Source of the DNA: Tubulanus polymorphus
Lineage: Eukaryota > Animalia > Nemertea
NCBI RefSeq assembly: GCF_964204645.1
Contig: NC_134029.1
Coordinates: 22,314,950 to 22,378,949 of the forward strand
Direction: 5' to 3'
Length of the DNA stretch: 64,000 nt
Position numbers and translations under genes: made by a program. Shown in pieces: positions 47,001 to 60,280 of this stretch (its first letter is position 1; each line of letters opens with the position of its first letter). Below the pieces are notes generated by a model. The model had not been told where the DNA came from and did not search any database. It saw only the letters and a list, made by a program, of their open reading frames with translations.

Positions 47001-50000
47001 AAATGACTATGTAATTCTAGATGAATATATTGATGAAGAACAGGTGAAACCTGTTGTGGAGAACGAGGTTGAGAGTGACTACAGAAATAAAGACGAAACA
47101 TTTGAAGATGCTCTGGCACAAGCTCTCAAAGAAAGTCTTGGAAGTAATACAGCAGACATGGAGGATGGTGAAGAAGAATCTGATGCTCTGGAACAAGCCC
47201 TCAAGGAAAGTTTTGAGGAAAGTCAAGTCGACCCAGAGGAGAGTGAAGATGAATTGCATGCTCTCTCGCCGGCTAAAGAATGTTTTCGAGGGAATACAGA
47301 TGATCGTGAAAAAGTATCTGATGAGGTGTTGGCACAGTCAGTGGATGACTTTTTAAAATGCAATTCAAAAACTACAGATTGTGATGAAATTGAGGAGAAC
47401 ATTGAATATGAAGAGAATGTACTAGGAGGTCCTATACCTGATGCGTCTTCATCGACTCCTGAAAAGAAGGAAAGAGATCATTCACAAAAATCTACCTTTG
47501 AAAAAGAATTCATGCGAGTTGATTTAGGAAAATGTGACTATTTGTGTCATGTAAATGATGAAAATGTATTACATGATAGAGAGAATGTGAAAGAAAAACC
47601 TAAGGAGATTGTAACCGATTTATTCTGTAAAGATTCCATCACAGACCGAAATGAAGTGGCTAAAGATTGTGTGGTAAAGCAAAATATTCCATTGAAGGAA
47701 GGTAAAATAACTTCAAGTAATACTCAAAGTATGCCTAAACAAAAGCCAGTCCCTCAACTAGATGAAACACCTACTGTGAAGACTTGCACCAAACCACAAG
47801 AGAAATCAGTAGTCGAAACTGAACTTATGGGCCAGGAGAGTTCATCAACAAGGAATACGGAGAAGAAAGTAAGTCCACGAAAAAGGGTTTGCCCACGAAC
47901 AGGAAAAATTGTTCCAGTCGAACCTCAAGATGAAGTGATCAGTGTCATAATCAAGACAAAAGAGAGCCAGCATGAACCACAGACAACTGCTCCTAAGCAT
48001 CAGCCAATGGAGATTCGGAATTCCAAAAGTCGTAAAGATCTGACCAAATGTCTGGTTGAGGCCGATGATGGACTTGCAAACAGTACCTTAAACAGTGATG
48101 TGAAGTCGGAGAATTCTGAAAACAAAATGAATAGTGTCCAGAATAGCAATGAAATGAAAATGGATGACTCATCAAATGCTGTGAACTCTGTCATTCTATT
48201 AGACACAAATGTGAATCAGGTTTTATCACCAACTACAGTAAAAAAGGGAATAAGTTCATCAATGACAAGTGCCACAGGTGAATCTTCACCCAAGGCTAAT
48301 AAACCCATTATTGCTTTGGTGAATAGTGTATCAGATGCATTGAAACCTCAAGTCATAGCCAAAGATAAAAAAAGCACCGTAGAATCAGTGGTTAAGAAGA
48401 AGAAACGTAGACCCAGTGAGAGGTCGGATTCGAAGAAAGGGCAGGCAACCGTCTCACATTCAGACATTTCCAAAGAATTAACAAAAAATGACAAAGCTAT
48501 GAAAAATGAAATATCAGCAACACTATTAAAGGAAAAAGAGAGTATGAAAAATTCAGCATCGTTTTATGATCCTGATCAAGCAACGTCTACATCCTCTAGT
48601 TGCCTCGATATCAGCAAATCAAAGTCAAGTTCATCTGCTGAAACTACAGATCAACAAAAATCTAATATCGAATCGACGATTGGAAAAGTGTTTAATGCGA
48701 AGTTGTTATCTGATGATGATGATATGCCATGCCTGACTTCAAAGAAAGGGCAGGCAACTGTCTCAAATTCAGATGTATCCAAAGACTTAACCAAAGTTGA
48801 CCAACCCATGAACAAGAAAATATCAGCAACACCATTAGACGTTAAAGAAAGCACCAAAAATTCAAATTCAACAGCCTTTAATGATCCTGATCCTGATCCT
48901 GTTCAACCAACATCTAAATGTTCTCTCCCTGATATTACTAAATCAAAGTCAAGGACATCTGGTGTAACGACAGATCATCGAGAATCTGATATTCAAGCTA
49001 AAGTTAAAGTGTCTGATGCAAAATTGGTACCATATGACGATTATGAGCCAATCCAATCTTCTAAGGATGAATCTGATAGTGAGAAACCTATTAATGAGAA
49101 AACTACAAATTCAGTGATTATTGCAAAGTCATTGGTTGAAAAAAATGCATGTGGCAAAAAAAGTGGAAAAACTAGAACCAACAGTGGAAAGTCAATTGAT
49201 GAGCCGAGTAAGTTAAGACGTCCTAGTGGTAAATCAAAAGCAGATGTTGCAAAATCTAAAATATCAAGTGAAAAGAAGACTCCAAAGTTGGGTGCAATGG
49301 AGAATGATAAGCCTGTTTCAGCAAGCCACAAATCCCGAAAAAGTAGTTGCCATGAAAAGAAAAGTAAAGATTCAGAAAACACAGGGAATACAGATTCTGA
49401 GTCCCGCAGATCATCGGATGCCTTCAATTTGAAGGCCAAGAAAGCAAGTCAATCGACGGATAACTCGAAAGATGCAGGAAAGATCCATAGAAAAAAATCA
49501 GCGGAGGAGTCTATCAAATCTACAGTGGAACCTGAAATTAATAAAGAAAAACCTTGCAGCAGCAGCAAACTGGCCAACGACTCAGATTCTCAAAGATCAA
49601 TCGATCAAAGTGCTGGCTCTCAAAAAGGAGTCAGTAGTAGAAAAGATGTAACAAATACTAGGAAACGATCAAGCATTTCATCCGGTGATGCTGTGAATGG
49701 AAAAAAATCTAAACCTAATTCAAATGATGTTAACAATGACACACCGGGTGCTTCGATTACTCACTCAAAAGTTACATCTGACTTGATTAAGAACATTAAA
49801 AAAAGATCTAGAAATTCATCAACCGATTCAGCAAATGATCCATCAATTGCTAAACAGTCGAAAAAAACATCAAGTGATCCAACTGATGCCTGTGCTGAAT
49901 CACTATCTAAAGCTAAAAGTACTTGTGTCACGTCTGGCGCCAGTGAGAAGCCAAAATTGTCTCAACGAGATCTTACCAAAAACTTTGTTATACCAAAAAT

Positions 50001-52491
50001 CAGTAGAAAGAAGACCACAGAAAAATCACCTACACTTGAAAAACAATCTATTTATAATGAAAACAATGATCAAAGTAGTGACCAAATGACCAAACATTCA
50101 TCAATTGTTAAGAAAGGGTTGAATAGCAAAAATGAACCTATTGATCATTTTCAGAGTCCTTTGGTCTCGATTGAGTCATCAGAAGACAGTAGATATGGCG
50201 AAAAAAGCATACATACTAATAAGAATGAAATGGCAAAAAGTAGGCCAAAGTTGATGGAAATGGCAAATCTACGGATTCAAATTTCAGCAGAATGTACATC
50301 ACCTGATTGTAGTATCCAATACTCAACTACAGAAGAATCAAGTGATGATACAAATGATGGTCGAACAAAATCAGTGATTGCATTGAAAATAGATACAAAG
50401 AATGCTGCTGATAAACAATTGGGTTCCTTAGACTCTATTGTTGATAAAGCAGTGAGTGATCCTGATCGCGCCGTGACTGCTGTAGAAAAACCTGGATCTA
50501 CTGGAGAGTGCAAACTCATCGTTGAAATTCCCAATGATGAATTGAAGTCCAAAGTTAGCAGTCAAAATCAGTCAACAAGTTCTGAGTCAAAATCCCATGA
50601 CAATATTAAGAATTCAAAAGAAAATGATAAAAAGATGTTGCAGGATAAAAGGAAGGCTAAAGAAAACCAGCAGTCTCAAGAAAAAGATAAAAAAGAATGT
50701 GAAAAATCCCATGACAATAATAAGCAATCAAAAGGAAATGATAAAAAGATGTTGCGTGATAAAAAGAAGGCTAAAGTAAATCTGCAATCTCAAGAAATGA
50801 AAGAAAAGGGACGTGATAGAAAAAAGGCTAGAGCACATCAACAATTTCGAGAAAATGATGACAAGGAACGTGATGAAAAGAAGGCTAGAGCAAATCAACA
50901 ATCTCAAGAAAATGATGAAAAAGAACTTGATAAAAAGAATGCATGCTCAAAATCTTCCAGCCTACAGAAACGAAAACTTACTTTAGAGCAATACTCTCGT
51001 CAAAAAGCATTGAAGTTCAAATCGCCTGTGAAGATCAGCAAACGATCAAGGGTGACATCGCCACTTCGTTGGCCCAAATCTCCATCCAAATCAACAACTT
51101 CACCAAGACACCGTACCCCTAGGCATTTCAGCCGAAGGCCTCGCCGATCAAGATCGAAAAGCCCTCCAAGAACAATCAAAGATAGATCCAGATCGAGAAG
51201 TCTGTCACCTAGACGCCGCCGAAGCAAATCTCCCCCATATCGATCAAGATCTCAAACTCGCAGTCGATCCAAAACTCCAGACAATATTAGAGGAACTTCA
51301 ATAAGCAATCGAAATGTTAGAGACCCCAGAAGTTCTCATTACATCGGTAAAAATTTAGTGTCAGGAAGTTACTCTCCATCAATTCATCCTACTCAATCAA
51401 TAGAGTCCACATCAGCTCAATGGAATGCACATTCAGCACCATCCCTTACTGTTTGGCAGGAAGACTATCGATATCAAGCCCAGGAAGTTCATGCATATCA
51501 GATCAATCAGACTCAAAACCAATGGAATAAACCAACAACTGACATTTCAAATTGGGGCTATTATGAAAATAGAAATAATCATTCATCGGAAATTCAGAGT
51601 ATCAAAGAATTACCTTCTGCTTACGATGAACAAAAATTCAAGCAAGCAGAGCAAAGAAAATCTTCGTACAATAGAAATGTAATCAACATCGTATGCGATG
51701 AAGATGCACCTTCAGGAGTATCTTCAGATTCAAGAGTGGTTGTTGAAAAGGTCCTGAAGAGTGAATGCATTTCAAAGATGAAATGGCCTCGCAAATTGGA
51801 GATAGTCGGTGTCGATCCTAGGAAAAAACTAGGATGTATTCAACATAGGCTGACAATGTTGGATATTAGCCCTGACGAGCTGGAAGCTATCGAAATGCGG
51901 CGAAAAAAAACGTTCGGTCCTATTTACGATTCGATCGATGTTAAATCGAATAAACGTATCAAATCGACTAGAATTAGTCGAGAAGGAACTCCGCCATTGC
52001 CTCAGAAGTCAGGAGGAGGTTCTCCCGAACATCGCAGCGTAATAACTGAGTCGATAGAGCCAGTGCCGATGGAGCTTTGTTCGCCGCAGGTATCGCCGAG
52101 AAGCAGTCGAGGATTACACTCGAGAACTAACGACGACGGCTCAAATCAGTATTCTGATGTATCCAGTCAGGGAAGCTTCGATTCATACCAAAAAGTCCCC
52201 GATAACAATGAAAGACCAAACCAGTATTCACCTATTTCTAGTGTCTCCTCATCGAGTTCTGCTGTCGCGGAAGTAGATTCTGCTAACTTGGCAACAGTCG
52301 GAAACAATCCTGGTAATAGATTTGAGAATGTATATCTTACTCAACCAGTGCATCGTGGTTGGGATGGTAATGGCAACTTCCAGCATTTTCAAGCTCCATA
52401 TACTACCGCACCTGCTGAATCGTATTATTGGCCTCAACAGAATACATGGGGGGACTATAACCACCAACCGATGTATCAACCGTACAGATGA
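41096..52491 (+). CDS. Uncharacterised ~3,770-aa, largely low-complexity and probably nuclear protein (Q-rich N-terminus, acidic centre, Lys/Ser-rich region, RS-rich segment)
   Basis: The 875-aa and 2897-aa ORFs join in frame through an 80-bp GT-AG intron (43668-43747, phase 1). An acceptor ttacag at ~41064 precedes the ATG. An 8.7-kb stop-free frame in AT-rich DNA cannot plausibly be chance. Confidence 0.85.
43870..44280 (+). repeat. Coding minisatellite, 63-bp unit (STTSPLEEQTTENQETTEENT), ~6.5 copies
   Basis: Units start at 43870, 43933, 43996, 44059, 44122, 44185 and 44245, and are near-identical. Confidence 0.95.
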
Positions 52492-52627
52492 TTTTATATG
52501 TGCATGCCTTTTTGATATCGATAATTCAACTGAAGTTCATAGTCATATTTCACTGCCCGAATTTACTTTAACTGCGAACAACTCACTGTAAATAGTTTGT
52601 TATAGAATGATGTAGAGATACTTCTAT

Positions 52628-52773
52628 AGGGGGCCATCATTAAGTAAGTACGCATCCATGGGGGAGATGCTAAAAAAAGGTTGCATTTGCCTATGGACGT
52701 AATGTTAAAAAAATGCACATTAGTTTGGAAAATCAGCAATATTTTACGGACATACTTCTTCATGTGCGGCCCC
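52628..52773. mobile_element. Degenerate MITE-like element just 3' of the giant ORF
   Basis: Imperfect inverted ends ggggccatcattaagtaagtacg ... cggacatacttcttcatgtgcggcccc. Confidence 0.4.
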
Positions 52774-53094
52774 ATATGATAGTTTTTAGATATGAAATAG
52801 ATATATTGTAAAAAGTTAAAAGTCACTTGTTACTTGTACATAAATTGATGAGTTTATCCAAAACAGTAGGAACAATGAACAATACATGTGTAGTCTTACA
52901 TCTGACCGATCCTTGGTGAGGTTCTTTGAGGTGCCTTAATCTCTGCTTATGTAGACAAATTCGGATTTTAAAAACCTTTTTTCGTCCCTTCGAGTCAAGC
53001 CGAAGCACTGAATAAGACAAAGTATAAACGATTTTGATTTGAAGGGTTTGAATTACATGTTCACCTTTAAACTTGTATAGTTCATTGTTGAAAG

Positions 53095-53095
<1 letters not shown>

Positions 53096-53161
<66 letters not shown>
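53096..53161. repeat. (TA)n microsatellite, about 33 units
   Basis: An uninterrupted TA run is visible in the sequence. Confidence 0.97.
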
Positions 53162-53166
<5 letters not shown>

Positions 53167-53703
53167 GTATTGTGTGTGTATTTTGTTAACCAGAGTTTTA
53201 CTTTTTATTTTATGTATAATCACTAATAAACCTGGGTTCAAATAATAATATTTCAACCCGGGATTATTTGACCCCTTCGCTTTGAAGGGTTTATTAAACC
53301 TGGGTTGTGATCTCAACTCGGTTCCAACTTGAAGTGTATGTAGTATTTTGGTTTGAAAATCCTGTAGACACGCGGCAATAGTTTTTCAAGTAATGCTTGT
53401 ATCATGAATAATAGTGGACTGTGCCTGAAGAAGGTCGTTATATGCAACAACAATGCCCTCTGTAATATACCGTATGTTATCTAGTGAAAGAAATTCTTAT
53501 ACAGAAATATTTTTATAACTGCGATAAAAGTGATTTTTTAATGATTTAAACAGTGCCAGTATTCTTTGATTTAAGACATTCAGTAGTGCTTTTCCTAATA
53601 TAATGAAATATGACGGGCTTTATTTGTAGAATGAGCTATCGGTACTTACAATGTAATATGTAATATATGAAATTAATTTTGTAAAGCTAAAAAAAACAAA
53701 AAT

Positions 53704-53881
53704 TGATACCTTGTTTCTCATTTCTGCTGAGCTTAAAAGTTGACCCGGCTGGCCACCTATAAACCCTGTTCAGTGTACATTACTTAATAAAAAATCCTGA
53801 TCAAGCTAACAATATCAGACCCGGCAGTTTAGAATTGCATTTTACAAAGTGACCCGGTTGATTAGGAGAAACAAGGTATCA
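53704..53881. mobile_element. MITE-like element, 178 bp with 16-bp TIR
   Basis: TGATACCTTGTTTCTC ... GAGAAACAAGGTATCA, with three internal GACCCGG motifs. Confidence 0.7.
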
Positions 53882-56800
53882 TTTTTGTCTAGCCTAAAAT
53901 TGGGAATTATCGGTAAGAAATGATTTCAACATTCGAATCTACATCGGGAGTAATTTTTGTTCGATGCATTTTGTATTTCATTTTCGAAAACGAATTCACG
54001 CTTCTTGTACGTGAAATGGCTCTCAAAACAGAATACAATTACTGGCATTAGAAACAAAACGTTGCAAGTGTACGTGTGCATTCATAATGAAATAATGTAG
54101 CGCAGTTGCAGTTTCCTATCTCAGGTCATTGGAAATGTTACCTAATGCTATGAGATGCGTGTATTCGTTTTATTTTTTTAATGATTTTCCCGCTTATGTT
54201 ATGTAGATTAAAAGCTAATTCAAATTAGATAATTCAATATGATGAGAAGTTGTGTGTAAAGTTTTGTATTAAACACACACGTATTAAGTAGTAAAGTAGT
54301 ACATGCGCATAATCTATCAAGAAAAATACTCCATCGTTGACCGACTTGATGTACGATACTTCCAGCGCTGTGTCAGCCGGTCACAGTTGCGCGGTAAAGC
54401 CTTAGATTTAGTCTCTCAATATCTCTTTTTTAAAGCCAATCTATAAAAAACTGTTTTTATGGAATATTACTGTAGCTTTCAAACCCTAACCTTCCTGTTA
54501 GTTTTTATCTTAGAAAAATTCTTCCAAAAACATATGTTTTGGGCTTGGATTTTCTAAAACTCAAATAAAGATCAATTAATTAAACCAACTGCTATGTATT
54601 TATTACATGACATATTATCAGAGTCTTTGAACTGTTCTCAACTTTGAGATGTTTCAAGTTCTTTACTTTTTTATGCATACACCTTCACATGTCGATGAGA
54701 TGTTCATTTATTCAACAATATGATTTTGCATTAAAACAAAATAAAGATCCTTATATCATATACGGAGATGTTAAATGGATTTCTTTGATCGCATTCAATC
54801 AAGAAAGAAACAGTAGTCGGTCCTTCTGTTGCACTTCCATGATATTCAAGCTGCTTTTCGCTATGGTATATTTACAAATACAACGGTCTTGATCTACGTG
54901 GAAATTCTCTGCTTATATAGTTTGTTGCAAGTCTACCTAAGTCTACTTACTTCGTAATTGGATGCTCGGTGTTGATCAAATAATCAAAAGCTAAGCACAC
55001 ATCACTTCGCAGCTATAAAATATTGATTACCATAATTCAAGTTCTGAAATTCGTGGGGGATTTAATTTAATTTGTTTACCAGAGAGCACCTCCCTGCCAT
55101 AAATCGAGGATTTTATAGCGTGCTCATCATGTTCATCAGTCATCTTTCTGTGGATGTATGATAGTGTCATGATATATATATATGATACGGTATATACTTG
55201 ATATATATATATAGTAACTGATCTGTGGTATTAACTGACTAATGGTTTGATATCATCAAGGAGGTGTCACTTTAGTTTCACAAGCGGACATTTACGGACC
55301 AAAAGCTCATTCCTATGACCTGGATCCATGATTGGTTAAAGCTTTATCCCAGTTGTCAGATGCGTTGGTTTGAATTAACCATCCCAGTTGGCGTCCGTCC
55401 CGTCCTAACTAAGGGTCAAAACACTAGGAAAATCTCCACGACTGAGTGTATTCTACTTTTACTGGAAAATATTCTATCGCAATAAGATTTTGTGAATTTT
55501 ACAAAACTGATCTTTTTACACGCAACAGCCAATGAGCGATGAAATGAAGGTCAAGGCGTTTAGACTTTGGCAGACGAAATGGACGCAATTCATAGACAAA
55601 TTTTTAGCCGAAAATCGTTTCAACTAGCAAGACTTCCATCTAAATAGAGCAGCTCACCACCGACACACAAACGCTCCCTATAGCACAGGGATTCAGAAAT
55701 ATCAAACCGACATCGTCATTCGATAGAAAACATTCAAGATGGCTGACCGACGGGATTCTAAAAATGTGCATTTTGGCCGATAGTGAATGCATTGATTTCA
55801 GCGCATTTTTCATTTGAGAATGTACGATGCCTAATCTATCAGTTGATGAATCTCGGCCATAATGCCATTCAATATGGCTGACTGGCGGCAATCTTTAATT
55901 TTTTAAAAATGTTTATTTTTGCCTTATATTGCGAGTGAATCTTATATAGAGCATTGATTTTTCACATGTGGATGTTAGATGCCATTATGTATCAGAATCT
56001 AGGTCGTATACCAGCGACGTGAATTTCTAAATTGCACATTTTGCCTCGAATAATTGTGAATGTATCTTACTAGGACATTGTTTGTTTTTCAGTCATAATG
56101 CCATACACTGATGGCTGATAATGGCCATCTTTGATTCTAGACTACGTTATCTATCTCAGTTTCATTTTGTGATTTGGTACCGTGTAAGCAAAACTAAGAG
56201 AAGAAAATAAGAAAGTTCGGAACTGGGACGATATATTTGACCGAACTACATCAGTCGATCATCTTTACCAAAGGGTCTCACTATTAAGCCGGTTTCCGAC
56301 TGGTGGAAGCCAGAGTTCGGCAACGATACAAATTGCCGTGGTTTATGAAGATTTAAAATATTACCGGTGGGCGGGCGGTAGTTTTAACCCAGAGTTCAAA
56401 ACTCCCCGGCCCAAGTGCCACCGGGCCAGCCGCAACATTCCCACGGTTTGACGAACGATTGAAGAAAAATTAACGTAGCTTTCACCCCCAGTAACCAACT
56501 ATTTGGACACCCTCCTATTTGATTAATGGTTTTCCTTATCATTTCTGCGCGCAAGACTAGGGTTCGGCGTCTTGGCGTTCGTACGAGTCCGAAGCCGTTA
56601 GATAGCGTCAATTCTATTCTCAACCGGTTTATAGCGTCACTCGTATTGCACTCCGCGATATCCTGGTCGTGTGGATGAGGAAGTAAAAAGTCTTTTCGCA
56701 GCTTCGCGCTTTTGAAATCTCATCAAACTCAACATTTTCAGCTGGCTGTCAATTCGCATCAATTCGTTCTAGAAGAGCCCGCGTTGAAGTGTTTTATTTT

Positions 56801-58090
56801 TTTTTATGGTGAGTGTTTAATGATAGAAAACCGTAGATGTAGGAGGCTTTTAAGAGGAAGAAAATTTACCACCTTCGCCGCTTCGGCATTATTATTACGC
56901 TTTCGCACCGCACTGACTGACTGTTCCACTCTAACGTCTGTCCAACTTACGTCACTGATATTATTTTTTGTATGATGAATCTAAAGGTGAAGTCTGTTCC
57001 TCATATTTTTTCAAAACATTTCCTTTCCTGCAAGAAGTAGGCCTAACAATTCGCGCCCACACAATTCGCCATGTTTGATGTTGGGATTCTTCACTTTTTT
57101 TCTTACCATACCGGTAAAGTACACTACTGCATGACTACTAAGTGATGAGTGGTGGCTGCTGTTGGTATTCGGCCTACTAAAGTCTGGCCTTTTATCTGAC
57201 ATCAATTTTTTGAAAATATATAGAAACATACATAATAATATGCGTTTCGAATGAAATACAATGTTCTAGAGGTTTTCTGAGGATCGTCGAGCACATTGTA
57301 ACTATCTTTCTACACATGTTCTTAAGAAAAACTCACAACTGAAAGAAACTACACAAATTATCTTCCCCTGATATCTTTAGTAGAATACTAAGCCACTTTC
57401 AGACCCGAGTTGAAATGTTGAGGTGTTTCTCATGTAGTTCCATTTCATTGTGGTATTTCTCCTCAAAAACTTGGACAAATATTATCTAACAAGCGGCCTT
57501 TTAGCCTACAAACTTTGCGTGCGGCATACAAGCCACAAGTCAATCAAGGCTAGACGTTGGACCACTTTTTTCTGGCATAATAGGGCCTATAATACTAAAC
57601 CTAGAACCAGATAGACTTAAGAAAATATTTCAAAATATGATGATATTCAATAACTATGTGCAGCAATATTAAGTGGAGTCTGACCTTAATCCTAACCCTA
57701 ACTAGTTTTACGCCCAGATAAATACATTTAATCCTCTATAATACCACTGTTGAGACTGATGAAAAATATGGCGCAATACCGAATTTGGCATTATAACAAA
57801 AATTTCATAAAATTTTAGTTAGATTGAGCAAATTTGTTCTCTGGAAAATGTTGGTAATTATAGAGCAGTGGCATTGAGAAAGATAGCATTATAACGAACT
57901 TCGACTGTATAGTCACTATGATTTTAAAACTGCTAGTATGTAACATGTATCCAATAGCAGGGTGGCTCCAAGTATATCCTATACATGGTAGGTGATCAGA
58001 TGACAGGTAAATTAATTAACTGTGGCATGATACATATTGACAACTGTGTCAATAGTGGTTTAGTACTTATGAATAGACAGATATTTTCCT

Positions 58091-58176
58091 ACCCTGCCAC
58101 ACTAGACCTGGTACTGCATGAAAACTAAAGGCGCCGATCAGATTGAACCTGCGCACTTGGTCTAGTGTGGCAGGGT
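58091..58176. repeat. 86-bp foldback element with a perfect 18-bp inverted repeat
   Basis: ACCCTGCCACACTAGACC ... GGTCTAGTGTGGCAGGGT. Confidence 0.75.
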
Positions 58177-60225
58177 TTCGATGCTATCAGGTTTGAATCC
58201 CTGCCGGTGGAGGATGGCATTCCGATTCATATTCCGTCTTACAGCGCTGGCTTCTCGAAATTTAAAACGGTAAATTCAAAGTGATGATAGATCGAATTTG
58301 AGAATCGTCGGATAAAACTCATCGTTCAATCAAACATGAAAGGTCTGCGGCCTCCTCGCCGAGTCTTTGCGACATATCCGGCTTTTCCATAATCATTCAA
58401 AGTTCCGTAGGTTTTTGCACAAGATTAACCTTCAATGCTGTCTAGACGTAACCAAATTAGTGTCTGTCTGTTGTATAAAACGCTATCTGTCATTCTAAAA
58501 GCCATTAATTCCCTTATGCTAGACGATAGTTCTTTTGACATCAATAAATCTTCTCTTGTTTTATGATTACTGTGTTTTATCCTCTGTTTTGTCGCCGTTT
58601 CGCTGTTTCCTGGCTGTATAATCCGTCATCATCATTCGCCCTGCTGTTTACTGTTGCGCCGATTCCTATAAAATCCTTTAGAATCTATAAAACGCAGAGA
58701 CCGGGGATTAAACCAACTTTACAGTCAGTCTCTGCTCTAAACGACTAGCTGTGTGTACGTGGTTTATGGATTCATGGACTGTTGATTCAGCTGAGCGTGT
58801 GCGTCCTGCATGACTGAGATTGTCTTTCATATTTTGATATTTCAATGAAAAGCGACTCGAGCTCAATGCCAAGGGAAACTAATTCTACGGTTACTATTAC
58901 TAGTAAAAGCTTCCGTGTTTTTTTTTATTTCCATAGAGCTAAACCAAAAAGATCGATGAATTTTATGTGATGGAAATATTGTGTAAAACAATATTCTGTG
59001 CTTCCATGCAAATGAAAATAAAGAAAAAATTGGCTGATGAATTTCTTGCTTCAGAGATTTTCCTGATCGAATAGCTAAAAAATCTGCAGCTTGTTTTTGC
59101 CTCTTGAGCTTCGACGCTTCAAAGGAAAATATCCCTTGTCACGGAGCGAAAACACCTTTTGAAGTGAATATCTCGAGCTTAAGGCAATTCAGGCCGTTTC
59201 TTAACGATCGATTTAATTTGACCATAAGGCTGAATTTGACGGTTAACGCTTCGTACACACTACGTAACATGTACCACGCGTTGCCTCTCCATTACATAAA
59301 CACAACTAGTCAATTTATATCGGTGTCGCTGTATTGAATATCAATGATGAACTGTCTGGAAACTGCAATTGACCTCGGCCTTAATCTCTATTTATAGTGG
59401 TTTCGTCTGTTATTCTATGGTGACTGGACCGGCAATCCACTTTCCAAGTCCGATTCTATCTACCGCTCACTCTCTGAATCGTTGTTTCCATTGTCGACGC
59501 GGATTGGATTACGAGTTCCCTCGTCGATTGTCGTCAAAAACGACGGGTTAATAGGAACGACTAATATCCGCGTACACGCGGGTCTCTGATCAAATAATAG
59601 CTGACATTTCGAGTCGCTTTACCCGCGACGACGTGGAAATGGAAAGATCAAAATAAATTTCGCGTTTCATTTTGATGTCGCGCTACGGGTTTGATCGTAG
59701 ACACGAAAGCTATCGATTGATTTTTAGCCGCATTCCCCGGGGCTCGGGCATTCCGGTTTCTTTCTCAAAACCGGTGTGACGTACTTTTTCCGATTTCAAA
59801 GAATTTCAACGAGCCAGCGCCGAACGAGCTAGTATCTCTACATTTCTACCTACATTTTCGTCAATTCAGTTTCCTGGCGGTTTCAATCAATTTCAGAAAA
59901 TACGTCATCGGGAATGTGTATTATACGAAGATGTCGATAATCAGGGCACTGTCGACGTCGCGTCATTATTGAACTTCACAAGTCTTACATTGCGCGCGCG
60001 CGTTGTCGTCGGTGAAAACCTAATAACCGGTTTTTTTTATCGACATAATTTTTGCGCAAGGAGATGTCAGAGAGAAGAAATTAGATGCACATTAGTACCT
60101 GAATGTGTTATTACCGTCGACAGGGAATCAATAGTTATCAGCAAAGAAAAAGTAATGCATTTCAGCAGAGTGCTGTATCCACTGCATATTATACCCTTCC
60201 GCGACTAATTTCAGTTCACCTGGAG

Positions 60226-60280
60226 AGAGGGAGAGAGAGAGGTGGAGGAGGGAGAGATGGAGGAGAAAGAGAGAGAGAGC
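60226..60280. repeat. Polypurine GA-rich tract
   Basis: gagagggagagagagaggtggaggagggagagatggaggagaaagagagagagag. Confidence 0.7.

Noticed and set aside
43798-52491. Stand-alone 2897-aa gene, or a retroelement/viral polyprotein
   Set aside because: It starts at TTG, is joined in frame to the upstream ORF by a canonical intron, and shows no RT, integrase or transposase motifs.
52823-53316. ORFs with YIYIYI runs
   Set aside because: Translations of the (TA)n microsatellite.
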